Positions 27,789 through 36,475 of a stretch of 56,151 bases of DNA are shown in pieces. The notes below the pieces were generated by a model. That model saw only the letters and a program-made list of their open reading frames with translations, had not been told where the DNA came from and ran no database searches. The position numbers and the translations under genes were made by a program. The stretch's first letter is position 1. The number at the start of each line of letters is the position of its first letter. Source of the stretch: Chloroflexota bacterium (GTDB taxonomy: Bacteria > Chloroflexota > Limnocylindria > QHBO01); NCBI GenBank assembly GCA_040005815.1, contig JBDTYC010000001.1, positions 1-56,151 of the forward strand, given 5' to 3'.

Positions 27789-29153
27789 TCAGTTCAGGGG
27801 ATCGCCATCTCCCGACTGGAAGAGGCCCAGGGCTCCCCGACCGACGAAGTTGAAGGCGTGGGTCACCATCGGGTACTTGCCGTCCTCGGCCGTCTGGAAC
27901 TCGATGATGGCGCCCTGCGCGGGCGAGAGGTCGACGGCTTGCGAGCCCCAGCTGCCCTCGTTGCCGGGGACGAGGTGGATCCCCTCCTTCGTGACGGTGT
28001 CGAAGATCGTTCCGACAATGTGGAAGGACGAGTCGATATTCGGCCCGGCGTCGAGGAGGAAGATCCGCACGCGCTCCCCGGTGCCGATCTGGATCGGGTT
28101 GTCCAGGTACTGATTGGCGACGCCGTTGAACATTACGAAGTCGGGAGCTGGGGCACCAGCGGCGGCCTTGGCCAGGTTGGTCGGCTCACCCTGCGGACCG
28201 AGATACCACTCCGACTGCACGATCGCGAACTCCGTGTCGACCGCCGGAAGGCCCTCGGCAGGCTCGACGATCACCATCCCGAACATCCCGTTGGCGATGT
28301 GGTGCAACGCCGGCGCCGTGCCGCAGTGGTACATCCAGACGCCCGCGTACTCGGCGGTCCATTCGTAGAGCTTCTCCTCGCCCGGGTTGATCGACGTCAT
28401 CTCGTCGTTCCAGGCAACCTGGCTGGCGTGGAAGTCGACCGAGTGGGAGACGGTGCTCGTAACCGGATTCTTAAGGTGGACCCGGATGGTGTCACCCACC
28501 TTCACACGGATCACAGGACCCGGGACGCTGCCATTGAATGTCCAGACCATCTGCTGGTAGCCGGTCGCGACGGTCATCAGCTTCTCCTCGACAACGAGAT
28601 CGATGTCGCGCACCTTTCCCGGAAGCAGTAGCGGAGCCGCGGCGTCGCGCAGCTCGTACGGCGGAGCGCTGGGGTCCGCCGCCACGTCGGCGCTCGCGGC
28701 TGGTCCACCGTGACTCTCCCCGCCCGGTGAGGAAGCCGCGCCGGCGACTGTGACCGTGCCCGTCATGCCGGCCGCGGCGTGACCAGGGATCGAGCAGACG
28801 AAGGTGGTGCCACCCGCCGGAATGGTCACCGTCCCGGTCGCCATTGCACCGGCCTCGGCCGCAATCTTCGTGCCGTCGGCAAAGGTGACGTCGTGGGCCA
28901 CCGCCCCGGTGTTGTGGAACATCACGGTATAAGCGCCGGCCGCGGCCACGTCCACCGTGGCAGGCTCAAAGCCCAGGTCGAACGCGGTGATTGCGACTTC
29001 ACCGATCACTTGGCCCGGGCTCGCCCCAGCACTCGACGACGGAGATCCCGAGGCCGATGCCGGGCGACCACTCTGCGTGGCGACGACGGCGTAGATGAGG
29101 GTCAGCAGCAGGACGCTTCCCACCGAAGAGGCGAAGAGGACGATGCGGCCCAT
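27789..29153 (-). CDS. nirK: copper-containing nitrite reductase-like multicopper oxidase with N-terminal TM anchor and an extra N-terminal cupredoxin domain
   Basis: The cupredoxin domain has HNTGAVAHD...CSIPGHAAAGM (C-x2-H-x4-M). The NirK-like core has SHSVDFHA, MYHCGTAPALHHIANGM, SSFHIVG and MVTHAFNF. Confidence 0.7.
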   Translation of the reverse strand: MGRIVLFASSVGSVLLLTLIYAVVATQSGRPASASGSPSSSAGASPGQVIGEVAITAFDLGFEPATVDVAAAGAYTVMFHNTGAVAHDVTFADGTKIAAEAGAMATGTVTIPAGGTTFVCSIPGHAAAGMTGTVTVAGAASSPGGESHGGPAASADVAADPSAPPYELRDAAAPLLLPGKVRDIDLVVEEKLMTVATGYQQMVWTFNGSVPGPVIRVKVGDTIRVHLKNPVTSTVSHSVDFHASQVAWNDEMTSINPGEEKLYEWTAEYAGVWMYHCGTAPALHHIANGMFGMVIVEPAEGLPAVDTEFAIVQSEWYLGPQGEPTNLAKAAAGAPAPDFVMFNGVANQYLDNPIQIGTGERVRIFLLDAGPNIDSSFHIVGTIFDTVTKEGIHLVPGNEGSWGSQAVDLSPAQGAIIEFQTAEDGKYPMVTHAFNFVGRGALGLFQSGDGDPLN

Positions 29154-29189
29154 GGTTTCTTTCTCGCCCGGTCCGAGGGCACTCAGCGG

Positions 29190-30074
29190 TTAAACGTTGA
29201 CGGCGCTCGGCAGTCGAGCCTCGCCGGTCTGTGGCGCGGGCACGTGGCCACGCATCACCAGCACCGAGGTGCGCGAGTGAAGGAGCACGTGGTGCGCGAC
29301 GCTGCCCAGGAGGAGGCGCCGGAGGCCGCCCAGGCCACGCGAGCCGGTGATGATCAGGTCAGTGCCCAATTCGGCGGCAGCGGACACGATCTCGTGGGCG
29401 GGCTGGCCAGCACGCACGATGGCATTGGCGTGCCATCCGCCGGCGGTCAGACGAGCGGTCATCTCATCGGCCATGACCCGATACCGCCCGACCTCGTGCC
29501 GCGCATCGGCAAGCGGCTGGCCACCGCTCATCAGGCCCGCGACCAGGAATGGCATTTCGCCCATGTCGGTCGGCGGCCCGACGCTCAGGACGTCGATCGG
29601 CGTGTCGATGAAGATCCTCCAGCCAAGGAGCACGGCAGGGATGGCCTCGGAGCTTCGAGACCCATCCGTGGCGAGGAGGATCCGCGTGACGGCCTCTCCG
29701 CGCGCCACCAGCACCGGGCACGGGGCGTGGTCGACGAGCGTCGCCGATACGGACCCGAGAAGAACAGAGGCAGCGGCGCTGAGCCCACGACTGCCAACGA
29801 CGACGAGGTCGGCATGGAGCTCATCGGCCTCGGACAGAAGGACGTCTGCCGGCCGACCGCGCACCGCCACTGTCTCCGACTGATAGCCGTTGTGCCGAAG
29901 GCGCCCCGCCAGCTCATCCAGGCTGTCGTTGGGCGCCACCACTGACGACTCGAGAGGCAGCTCGTGTGCTGTCACGAGCCGGAACTGGGTGGCGGCCGGC
30001 CAGATCGTCCCCGTCACCAGTCCGAGGGCGGTGAGCGACGCGTCGGATCCGTCAACCCCTACCACGATTCGCAT
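29190..30074 (-). CDS. universal stress protein, tandem UspA domains
   Basis: Two Usp repeats (IVVGVDGSDAS...LVVVGSRG and ILLATDGSRSS...LIITGSRGLGG..GSV). ATG at 30074 follows AAGGTG; GTG at 30077 is an alternative start. Confidence 0.85.
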   Translation of the reverse strand: MRIVVGVDGSDASLTALGLVTGTIWPAATQFRLVTAHELPLESSVVAPNDSLDELAGRLRHNGYQSETVAVRGRPADVLLSEADELHADLVVVGSRGLSAAASVLLGSVSATLVDHAPCPVLVARGEAVTRILLATDGSRSSEAIPAVLLGWRIFIDTPIDVLSVGPPTDMGEMPFLVAGLMSGGQPLADARHEVGRYRVMADEMTARLTAGGWHANAIVRAGQPAHEIVSAAAELGTDLIITGSRGLGGLRRLLLGSVAHHVLLHSRTSVLVMRGHVPAPQTGEARLPSAVNV

Positions 30075-30098
30075 CACGCACCTTTGTGAAGAGATTGG

Positions 30099-30149
30099 GG
30101 AGCCTGGCCCGCTGGCGAGCGGGTGGTAATTCGCTCGGGGCCAGGCTCC
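30099..30149 (-). other. long GC-rich stem-loop between the membrane-protein gene and the USP gene
   Basis: GGAGCCTGGCCC (30099-30110) is the perfect reverse complement of GGGCCAGGCTCC (30138-30149). An inner 6-bp stem pairs CGAGCG (30116-21) with CGCTCG (30132-37). Confidence 0.4.
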
Positions 30150-30188
30150 GTTGGCCTTCCAGTCAGAGGACCGGAACTAAGTTCTCGA

Positions 30189-30875
30189 CTAGGCGTGCAC
30201 GCTGGCCGGCCGAAGGACCGGAACCGGCACGGTCTCAGGACGGGTGGCCCACACCAGCCCTGCACCTGTCAGGATCAAGGTCCCGCCCAACCCGGCGAGC
30301 ACACCGGTCAGCCCCAGCCCCAGCTGCAGGGCGGATGCGGTCGTGGTGCCAACTCCGAGCTCCGCGATCAGGGCATGTGCGGTCGAGCTCCATGCCTGGG
30401 TTCGGGCCGGACCCTGCAGCGGATCCGAGCGATCCAGCTGTGAGAAGTAGCGCCCGGCGATCGGGACGTCGTAGCTGCCCGCAGCGTACGTCTTCCCCTT
30501 GTAGTCGACCGGCTCGGTGAGGACGACTGTCACGGTGCTATTGAGCGTGTGGTAGGAGATCGTCGCCATCTGGTACATGTACTCACTGGCGGTATTGACG
30601 ATCGGGTCGTTCGGATCGAGCTCTGAGGTCGCGACCGGGTAACCCCAGTCCTTGGTCAGCAGCGCCATGATGCCCTGCGCTTCCTCTGTGTCGCCCACGG
30701 AGTCGGCAAGCTCGCCCTTGTCGTTGTAGGTGAGCTGGACGTCCTGCGCCGCGCTGAAGGCGTTCAGGGACCTGTACCCCTCCTGGGTCTTCATGAATGC
30801 AAATGCACCGGCCGCGACGAAAACGATGCCGATGAGTCCGAGGACGATTCCAAGCCCTCGCAATCGACTAACCAT
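30189..30875 (-). CDS. hypothetical membrane protein (N- and C-terminal TM helices flanking a ~150-aa extracytoplasmic domain)
   Basis: ATG at 30875 is preceded by AAGGTGG. TM helices are GIVLGLIGIVFVAAGAFAF and LGLGLTGVLAGLGGTLILTGAGLVW. The family is not recognised. Confidence 0.6.
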   Translation of the reverse strand: MVSRLRGLGIVLGLIGIVFVAAGAFAFMKTQEGYRSLNAFSAAQDVQLTYNDKGELADSVGDTEEAQGIMALLTKDWGYPVATSELDPNDPIVNTASEYMYQMATISYHTLNSTVTVVLTEPVDYKGKTYAAGSYDVPIAGRYFSQLDRSDPLQGPARTQAWSSTAHALIAELGVGTTTASALQLGLGLTGVLAGLGGTLILTGAGLVWATRPETVPVPVLRPASVHA

Positions 30876-31005
30876 TGGAAGCCACCTTTTTTGGTACTGA
30901 TGGAGCAGATGCCCATGAGTACTGTCGGTGGTCGGAGCAGCCGAACGCATGTGACAGACGGCCCCATTCAACGGCCAAACGGCCTGCCATGGGGTGCTGG
31001 ACGAG

Positions 31006-31689
31006 CTAGCGCTCAGCCTCGTCCGGCGACACGAGGTGGCGCTTGGCCACGAAGGCCGCAGCCTGGGTCCTACGCTCCAGGTTGAGCTTCGACAGGATGC
31101 TGCTGACGTAGTTCTTCACGGTCTTGTCGGACAGGAAGACGTCGGCGGCGATCTCCTTGTTGGTCTTGCCCTCGGCCACCAGCAGCAGGATCTTGCGTTC
31201 CTGGCTGGTCAACCCAGCCAGGTCGTCGGTCGCGGAGCCGCTGGCCATGCGTCTGACCCGCTCCAGCACCTTCTCGGTCACCGCGGAGTCGAGCAACGAC
31301 TCCCCGCGCCCCACGGCCTCAAGCGCCGTGACCAGGTCGCGTCCCCGAATCTGCTTGAGGAGGTAGCCGCTGGCACCCGCGATGATCGCGGACAGCACCG
31401 CTTCTTCATCGGGATAGCTGGTGAGCATGACCACCCGCGTCGCCGGCCGGGCAGCTCGAATCTCCCGGCACGCCTCGATCCCCGTCCCGTCCGGGAGGCG
31501 CACGTCCATGATCACCAGATCAGGTTCGAACCGCGCCGCAGCATCGATCGACTCTGCGACCGATCCCGCCTGGGCGACGATTTCGAACCCGCTGCGGCGG
31601 TCGAGCAGAGCGACCAGGCCTTGCCGAACGACCTCGTGATCATCGACGACCAGGAGGCGCAGTGGTCGCTCCGGCTTGGTGGAGGTCAT
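31006..31689 (-). CDS. NarL/LuxR (DevR/DosR-like) response regulator
   Basis: Receiver domain LLVVDDHEVVRQGL...DLVIMDVRLPDG. LuxR HTH reads LTSQERKILLLVAEGKTNKEIAADVFLSDKTVKNYVSSILSKL. Confidence 0.9.
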   Translation of the reverse strand: MTSTKPERPLRLLVVDDHEVVRQGLVALLDRRSGFEIVAQAGSVAESIDAAARFEPDLVIMDVRLPDGTGIEACREIRAARPATRVVMLTSYPDEEAVLSAIIAGASGYLLKQIRGRDLVTALEAVGRGESLLDSAVTEKVLERVRRMASGSATDDLAGLTSQERKILLLVAEGKTNKEIAADVFLSDKTVKNYVSSILSKLNLERRTQAAAFVAKRHLVSPDEAER

Positions 31690-32864
31690 CGGTTGGGCAC
31701 TCGCCGCGTCCCGGCGCGAGGAATCGTCACGATGATGTGCGTGCCCACGTCGGCGCTGCTGGTCGTGTCGAATGTCCCCCCGAAAGCCTCTGCCCGTGCC
31801 CGCATGTTGGCCAGGCCGTGATGCCCGATGGAGGTGACCGCCTCCGGCGCCATGCCGCGGCCGTCATCTGCGATCTCGAGCTGGACGTCATCAGCAGACG
31901 TTGCAAGTTGGAGGGAAGCACGTCGCGCCCCCGAATGGCGAGCGACGTTCGCGAGCGCCTCGCGAGCGATCGCCAACAGCTCCGCGACGATGTCGATGGA
32001 GAGGTCATCCGGCGCCTCCCCCATGATCTCGATCTCGACGGCGGTGTTGCGGCGCAGCTCGTCGGCCAGGGTCCGAAGGCCGTCGAAGAGGTTCCCCGAT
32101 TCCAGCAGGAGCGGCCGAAGGCCAAAGATGAAGTTGCGGATGTCGCGAATGACCCCGTGCAGAGCATCGATCGCATCTTCGGCGCGCTGACCCGCCTCCT
32201 TAGGGGCGACCGATGCCAGCTCGGCAACGTCGTCGAGTGACAGCGACACCGCATAGATGCTCTGGATGACGCTGTCGTGGAGGTCACGGCTGATCCGATC
32301 GCGCTCGTCGAAGACGGCAAACCGCTGCACCTGCTCATGGAGGTGCGCGTTGTCGATCGCGATGGCGGCGTGGAGGGCGAACATCTCGACCAGCATCTGG
32401 TCATCGGCATTGAATTCAGACGCGCCTAGCTTGTCCGTGAGGTACAGCCGCCCAACGACCCTGCCGCGAACCGTGGCCGGCGCCCCAAGGAACGAGTGCA
32501 TCGGCGGATGGTCGGGCGGAAAGCCGTAGCTCTCCGGATGGGCTGCGATCTCGGGAACGCGATACGAGCGGTTCTCGCGAATGATCATGCCCAGGAGGCC
32601 GTGCCCCTGCGGCAGGTCCCCGATCGCCTCGCGCTCAGCGACGGTGATCCCACTGGTGATGAAGTGGGTGATCACGCTCGCCTCATCGACGATGCCCAGG
32701 GCCGCGTACCGAGCCGATACCAGGTCGCGAACCCGGTCGACGATCAGCTGTAGGACCTGATCGACATCGAGGATGCTGCTGATGCCGCGGACAGCAGCGT
32801 CGAGCGCCTGGAGAGCAGGTGCAAGTACCTGCCCCTTGCGTGCCTGGCGTGAGCTGCTTGCCAC
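31686..32864 (-). CDS. GAF-domain sensor histidine kinase (HisKA_3/HATPase; DevS/DosS-like but single GAF, soluble)
   Basis: The GAF domain (VLQLIVDRVRDLVSARYAAL...RLYLTDK) is followed by the H-box ERDRISRDLHDSVIQ and the ATPase region. The stop overlaps the regulator start by 4 nt. Confidence 0.85.
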   Translation of the reverse strand: MASSSRQARKGQVLAPALQALDAAVRGISSILDVDQVLQLIVDRVRDLVSARYAALGIVDEASVITHFITSGITVAEREAIGDLPQGHGLLGMIIRENRSYRVPEIAAHPESYGFPPDHPPMHSFLGAPATVRGRVVGRLYLTDKLGASEFNADDQMLVEMFALHAAIAIDNAHLHEQVQRFAVFDERDRISRDLHDSVIQSIYAVSLSLDDVAELASVAPKEAGQRAEDAIDALHGVIRDIRNFIFGLRPLLLESGNLFDGLRTLADELRRNTAVEIEIMGEAPDDLSIDIVAELLAIAREALANVARHSGARRASLQLATSADDVQLEIADDGRGMAPEAVTSIGHHGLANMRARAEAFGGTFDTTSSADVGTHIIVTIPRAGTRRVPNR

Positions 32865-32916
32865 ACCGATAGGCTACGCCGACCGATGACCAGTCCACGT
32901 TCGGAACGGCGCAGGG

Positions 32917-33285
32917 CTAGCCTCGACCGATGCGCCCCAGATGCGTGTCGCGGAACTCGGTCGGCAGCTTCAGGCCATAGCCCAGCGCCCGGTCCATGCC
33001 GACGTGGGCGAAGAGGACAGTTCCAATCAGGCTCACCGGCGCCCACGACGTGAACAGGCCGATGACCAGCAATGCCGCGGCCAGCACGAGGTTGTGGACG
33101 GCGTTGTAGGTCACGGCACCGACGCGGGGGCCAGCCAGATACCCGACCATCGACAGGTCGGGCGCAAGCAGGAGGGGCACGAGCCAGTACGGATTGCCAT
33201 GCATGGACAGGTACTGGTAGATGCCGACCAGAAAGATGACCAGCCACTCGGCACGGAGCAGCGACGAGAGCCTGCCGACGTTCAC
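32917..33285 (-). CDS. DUF4260 family membrane protein
   Basis: Motifs LLLAPDLSMVGYL, TYNAVHN and AHVGMDRALGYGLK. The GTG start forms a GTGA overlap with the permease stop. Confidence 0.6.
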   Translation of the reverse strand: MNVGRLSSLLRAEWLVIFLVGIYQYLSMHGNPYWLVPLLLAPDLSMVGYLAGPRVGAVTYNAVHNLVLAAALLVIGLFTSWAPVSLIGTVLFAHVGMDRALGYGLKLPTEFRDTHLGRIGRG

Positions 33286-34391
33286 TCCCACTTGAAGAGG
33301 CGGATGGCGATCAGGAACGTGATCACCGCCCATGCGCCCATCCCGAGCAGCTGCGGCCCCAACGAGGCGAGATTGGCACCGTGGTTCACCACTGCGCGCA
33401 GCGCCTCGTTGACGTAGGTGAGCGGCATGAACTGGGTGATGTTGGCGAGGAAGTCCGGCATCGCGTCACGCGGGAAGAATACGCCGGAGAGGAACATCAT
33501 CGGCAGGCTGATCAGGTTGGCCACGGGGGCCGCCTGGTCCTCGTTTTTCGCCCACCCGGCGATCGCGAAGCCGATGGCCAGGAAGATGATCGCCGCGAGC
33601 AGCACGATCACCCCCAAGGTCAGGTAGTCGCCGAACATCTGGAGTCCGAACCAGATCCCGATGCCGAGCAGAATCGCAACCTGCACCACGCAGATGATCA
33701 GGCGCGACGCGACCTGCGCGCCAAGGAAGTAGGCCGGCGAGGTGGGAGTGGCGAAGAGGCGGCGCAGGGCACCGGTGCGCTTCAGGTGCACGAAGCCGAA
33801 GGCCACGCCGAAGAGGCCGAGCTGCATGACCGTCATGCCGACGATCCCGGGCACGAGGAAGTCGATGTAGCCCAGGTCGCGCGACTGGACCGATTCGAAG
33901 CTGACGGGCGGCGCCCCGAAGGCACCACCAGGCGGCGTGCCGGTAGGCGCGAAGAGGGCGGTGCCGACCGCCTGCTGCAGCAGCCCCTGCCTGATCTGCG
34001 CCTGGCCCGGATCGGCCGTGGAGGCGTACGCCACCAGACCCGTCACCTGCCCCGGCAGCGGATCGAATCCAGACGGGATCACGAGCACGAAGTCCAGGTC
34101 GCCCGCTTCCAGGTTCGCGAGCTGCTCCTCGCGCGATCCAGTGGTGGGCTCGATGTACTCGAACGCGGCCAGCCCGTCGATCAGCCCTTCGCTCGCCCCG
34201 TTGCGGGCCTCGTCGACGAGGCCGAGCCCGATGGTGGTGGTCCCCTCGAAGTTCAGGACACCGAAGATCAGCATGATGATCAGCGGCAGGAAGAGGCTGA
34301 AGAAGACGGCGGCGCGGTTCCGCACGAACATCAGCACGCTCGCCACGAAAAGTGCCCAGAACATCCCGAGCCTGATCCCGAAGGGGCGCAT
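33282..34391 (-). CDS. ABC-2 type exporter permease
   Basis: 369 aa with an N-terminal TM, a large loop, and 5 C-terminal TMs. It lies directly downstream of the ATPase gene. Confidence 0.8.
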   Translation of the reverse strand: MRPFGIRLGMFWALFVASVLMFVRNRAAVFFSLFLPLIIMLIFGVLNFEGTTTIGLGLVDEARNGASEGLIDGLAAFEYIEPTTGSREEQLANLEAGDLDFVLVIPSGFDPLPGQVTGLVAYASTADPGQAQIRQGLLQQAVGTALFAPTGTPPGGAFGAPPVSFESVQSRDLGYIDFLVPGIVGMTVMQLGLFGVAFGFVHLKRTGALRRLFATPTSPAYFLGAQVASRLIICVVQVAILLGIGIWFGLQMFGDYLTLGVIVLLAAIIFLAIGFAIAGWAKNEDQAAPVANLISLPMMFLSGVFFPRDAMPDFLANITQFMPLTYVNEALRAVVNHGANLASLGPQLLGMGAWAVITFLIAIRLFKWE

Positions 34392-34394
34392 CGC

Positions 34395-35159
34395 TCAGCC
34401 TTCCTCCCGCAGATCGTGGCCTGTCAGGTCGAGGAAGACATCCTCCAGGTTGGCGAGCCGCTCGACGCGTGCCTTCGTGAATCCGCGCCCGAGGAGCACG
34501 TCAACGAGGCGCTGCGGCGTGTCAAGGGCGACGATCAGCCCGCCATCCATGATCGCGACGCGGTCGCAGAGCTCCTCCGCCTCCTCCATGTAGTGCGTCG
34601 TCAGCACGACCGTCTGCCCACGCTCGCGAATCCGACGCACCAGGCCCCAGAGGTGGTGGCGCGCCTGGGGATCAAGCCCCGTGGTCGGCTCGTCAAGGAA
34701 GAGGACGCGCGGCTCATTGACGAGGGCCGACGCGATGCTGAAGCGCTGCTTCTGCCCGCCCGACAGGGTCCGAACCTGGGAGCGGGCCTTGTCGCCGAGC
34801 TCCACGTCGGCCAGCAGGGCCGCAGCATCCACTTCGCGATCGTAGAGGTGGCCGAAGAGCTCCAGCAGCTCGACCAGGTTCAGCTCGTCGAAGAAGCTCG
34901 ATGCCTGGAGCTGGATGCCGATGCGGGCCTTCACGCCGCGAGGGTCAGCGGTGACGTCGATCCCGTCCACCACGGCTGTCCCGGAGTCGATCGGCCGCAT
35001 CCCCTCGATCATCTCGAGCGTGGTCGTCTTGCCGGCGCCGTTCGGTCCCAGGATCCCGAAGACTTCGCCCTCGGCGATCTCGAAGCTCACGCCGTCGACT
35101 GCCTGGAGGCTGCCGTAGCGCTTGCGCAGGTCATGGACGGCGACGATGGCGGTTGGCAT
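34395..35159 (-). CDS. ABC transporter ATP-binding protein (DrrA/ABC-2 exporter type)
   Basis: Walker A GPNGAGKTT, signature LSGGQKQR and Walker B LFLDEPT. Confidence 0.9.
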   Translation of the reverse strand: MPTAIVAVHDLRKRYGSLQAVDGVSFEIAEGEVFGILGPNGAGKTTTLEMIEGMRPIDSGTAVVDGIDVTADPRGVKARIGIQLQASSFFDELNLVELLELFGHLYDREVDAAALLADVELGDKARSQVRTLSGGQKQRFSIASALVNEPRVLFLDEPTTGLDPQARHHLWGLVRRIRERGQTVVLTTHYMEEAEELCDRVAIMDGGLIVALDTPQRLVDVLLGRGFTKARVERLANLEDVFLDLTGHDLREEG

Positions 35160-35171
35160 GGCGCCGGAATC

Positions 35172-36383
35172 CTAGGCGACGCCGCGGACGGCGTCGTACA
35201 GCGCCGCTGTCCGCCCCGCGATCGACGACCAGCTGAACCGATCGATGGCTCGGCGCCGACCGGCCGCGCCCATGCTCGCCCGGAGCGCCGGATCCACCAT
35301 CAGCCGGTTGATCGCCGCCGCCAGGTCGGCGGCCAGCTGATCCGGGTCGGCCGGGGTCATCGGCTCATCAGGCCGGAATGCGACGGGCACCAGCAGGCCC
35401 GTCTCGCCGTCGACCACCACCTCGGGGATGCCGCCGACCGCGGTCGCCACCACCGGACGCTCGCAGGCCATCGCCTCGAGATTGGTGATCCCGAACGGTT
35501 CATAGACCGAGGGGCAGACGAAGATCGCTGCATGGCTGTAGAGCTGCCTGATCTCCTCCCGGCTCAGCATCTCGGGGATCCAGACCACGTTCCCGCGTTC
35601 GCGCCGCGCTTCGCTGACGCCCGCCGCGACCTCGGCGGCCAGCTCCGGAGTGTCCGGTTGACCGGCCGCGAGGACCACCCCGATCTCCGGGCCGAGCAGA
35701 CGGATGGCGCGGACGAGGTGGACGATGCCCTTCTGGCGGGTGATCCGCCCGACGAAGAGGACGTAGGGTCGGCCCAGCTCGATCCCGTGACGCTCGAGGG
35801 CGTCGGTGTCCGGATCAGGCGTGAAGAACTCGGCATCGATCCCGTTGTGGATGACGTGCACCCGCTCCGGCGCCATCGCGAAGTGGCGCAGCACGTCGTC
35901 GCGCGTCCCCTCGCTCACCGCGATTACCGCATCCGCCGACTCGAGGGCGGTCCGCTCCACCCAGCTCGAGAGGTCGTATCCGCCGCCCAGCTGCTCGCGC
36001 TTCCACGGCCGCAGCGGCTCGAGCGAATGAACCGTGATGACGAGCGGAATCGTGTTCGCCTTCTGGACCAGCAGGCCGCCCAGGTGGGTGTACCAGGTGT
36101 GGCAGTGGACGAGGTCCGCGTCGCTGGGATCAGAAGCCATGGCAAGGCAGCGCGCAAAGGCATCCCACGCGGGGCGCAGGCGGTCGTTACCAGCCGGCTC
36201 CCGGGGCGTGGACGCGGGGTAGCCCCGCACCGCCCAGCCGGGCGCGTCCTCGTGCTGCTCGCCGAAGGTGCGGACCTCGAGCGAAATCACGCTCCGCAGT
36301 TGACGAGTGAGCTCGGCGACGTGCATCCCGGCCCCGCCGTAGACGTTCGGCGGGTACTCGTTGGTGAGCAGGAGTGCCTTCAT
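35172..36383 (-). CDS. glgM: GT4 glycosyltransferase of the Corynebacterium-type glycogen synthase / maltose-1-phosphate synthase (GlgM-like) family
   Basis: N-terminus LLTNEYPPNVYGGAGMHVAEL and C-terminal motifs FVCPSVYEPFGITNLEAMA and E-x7-E. The family assignment is from memory of Rv1212c-like sequences. Confidence 0.7.
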   Translation of the reverse strand: MKALLLTNEYPPNVYGGAGMHVAELTRQLRSVISLEVRTFGEQHEDAPGWAVRGYPASTPREPAGNDRLRPAWDAFARCLAMASDPSDADLVHCHTWYTHLGGLLVQKANTIPLVITVHSLEPLRPWKREQLGGGYDLSSWVERTALESADAVIAVSEGTRDDVLRHFAMAPERVHVIHNGIDAEFFTPDPDTDALERHGIELGRPYVLFVGRITRQKGIVHLVRAIRLLGPEIGVVLAAGQPDTPELAAEVAAGVSEARRERGNVVWIPEMLSREEIRQLYSHAAIFVCPSVYEPFGITNLEAMACERPVVATAVGGIPEVVVDGETGLLVPVAFRPDEPMTPADPDQLAADLAAAINRLMVDPALRASMGAAGRRRAIDRFSWSSIAGRTAALYDAVRGVA

Positions 36384-36442
36384 TGCTGGGAGCAGGGTAA
36401 CTGGCAGCGGACCATCGTGGTCGAGCCAGTCGCGGCCGTCGC

Positions 36443-36465
36443 GGATATACTCCCCTGTAGTATCC
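36443..36465. promoter_or_regulatory. palindromic operator/-10 candidate upstream of copA (GGATATACTCCCCTGTAGTATCC)
   Basis: Arms ATACT-N7-AGTAT and GGATA-N13-TATCC surround a C-tract. TAGTAT is a -10-like hexamer 13 nt before the ATG. The left half resembles CsoR-type ATACCCC operators (from memory). Confidence 0.3.
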
Positions 36466-36475
36466 TGAAGGACCT

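Noticed and set aside
30174-30184. Possible canonical DosR box
   Set aside because: GAACTAAGTTC has only 5-bp arms around a single central base. It does not fit the 20-bp mycobacterial DosR consensus (GGGACT-WW-AGTCCC core) as I remember it. I keep it only as a generic palindrome in the findings.
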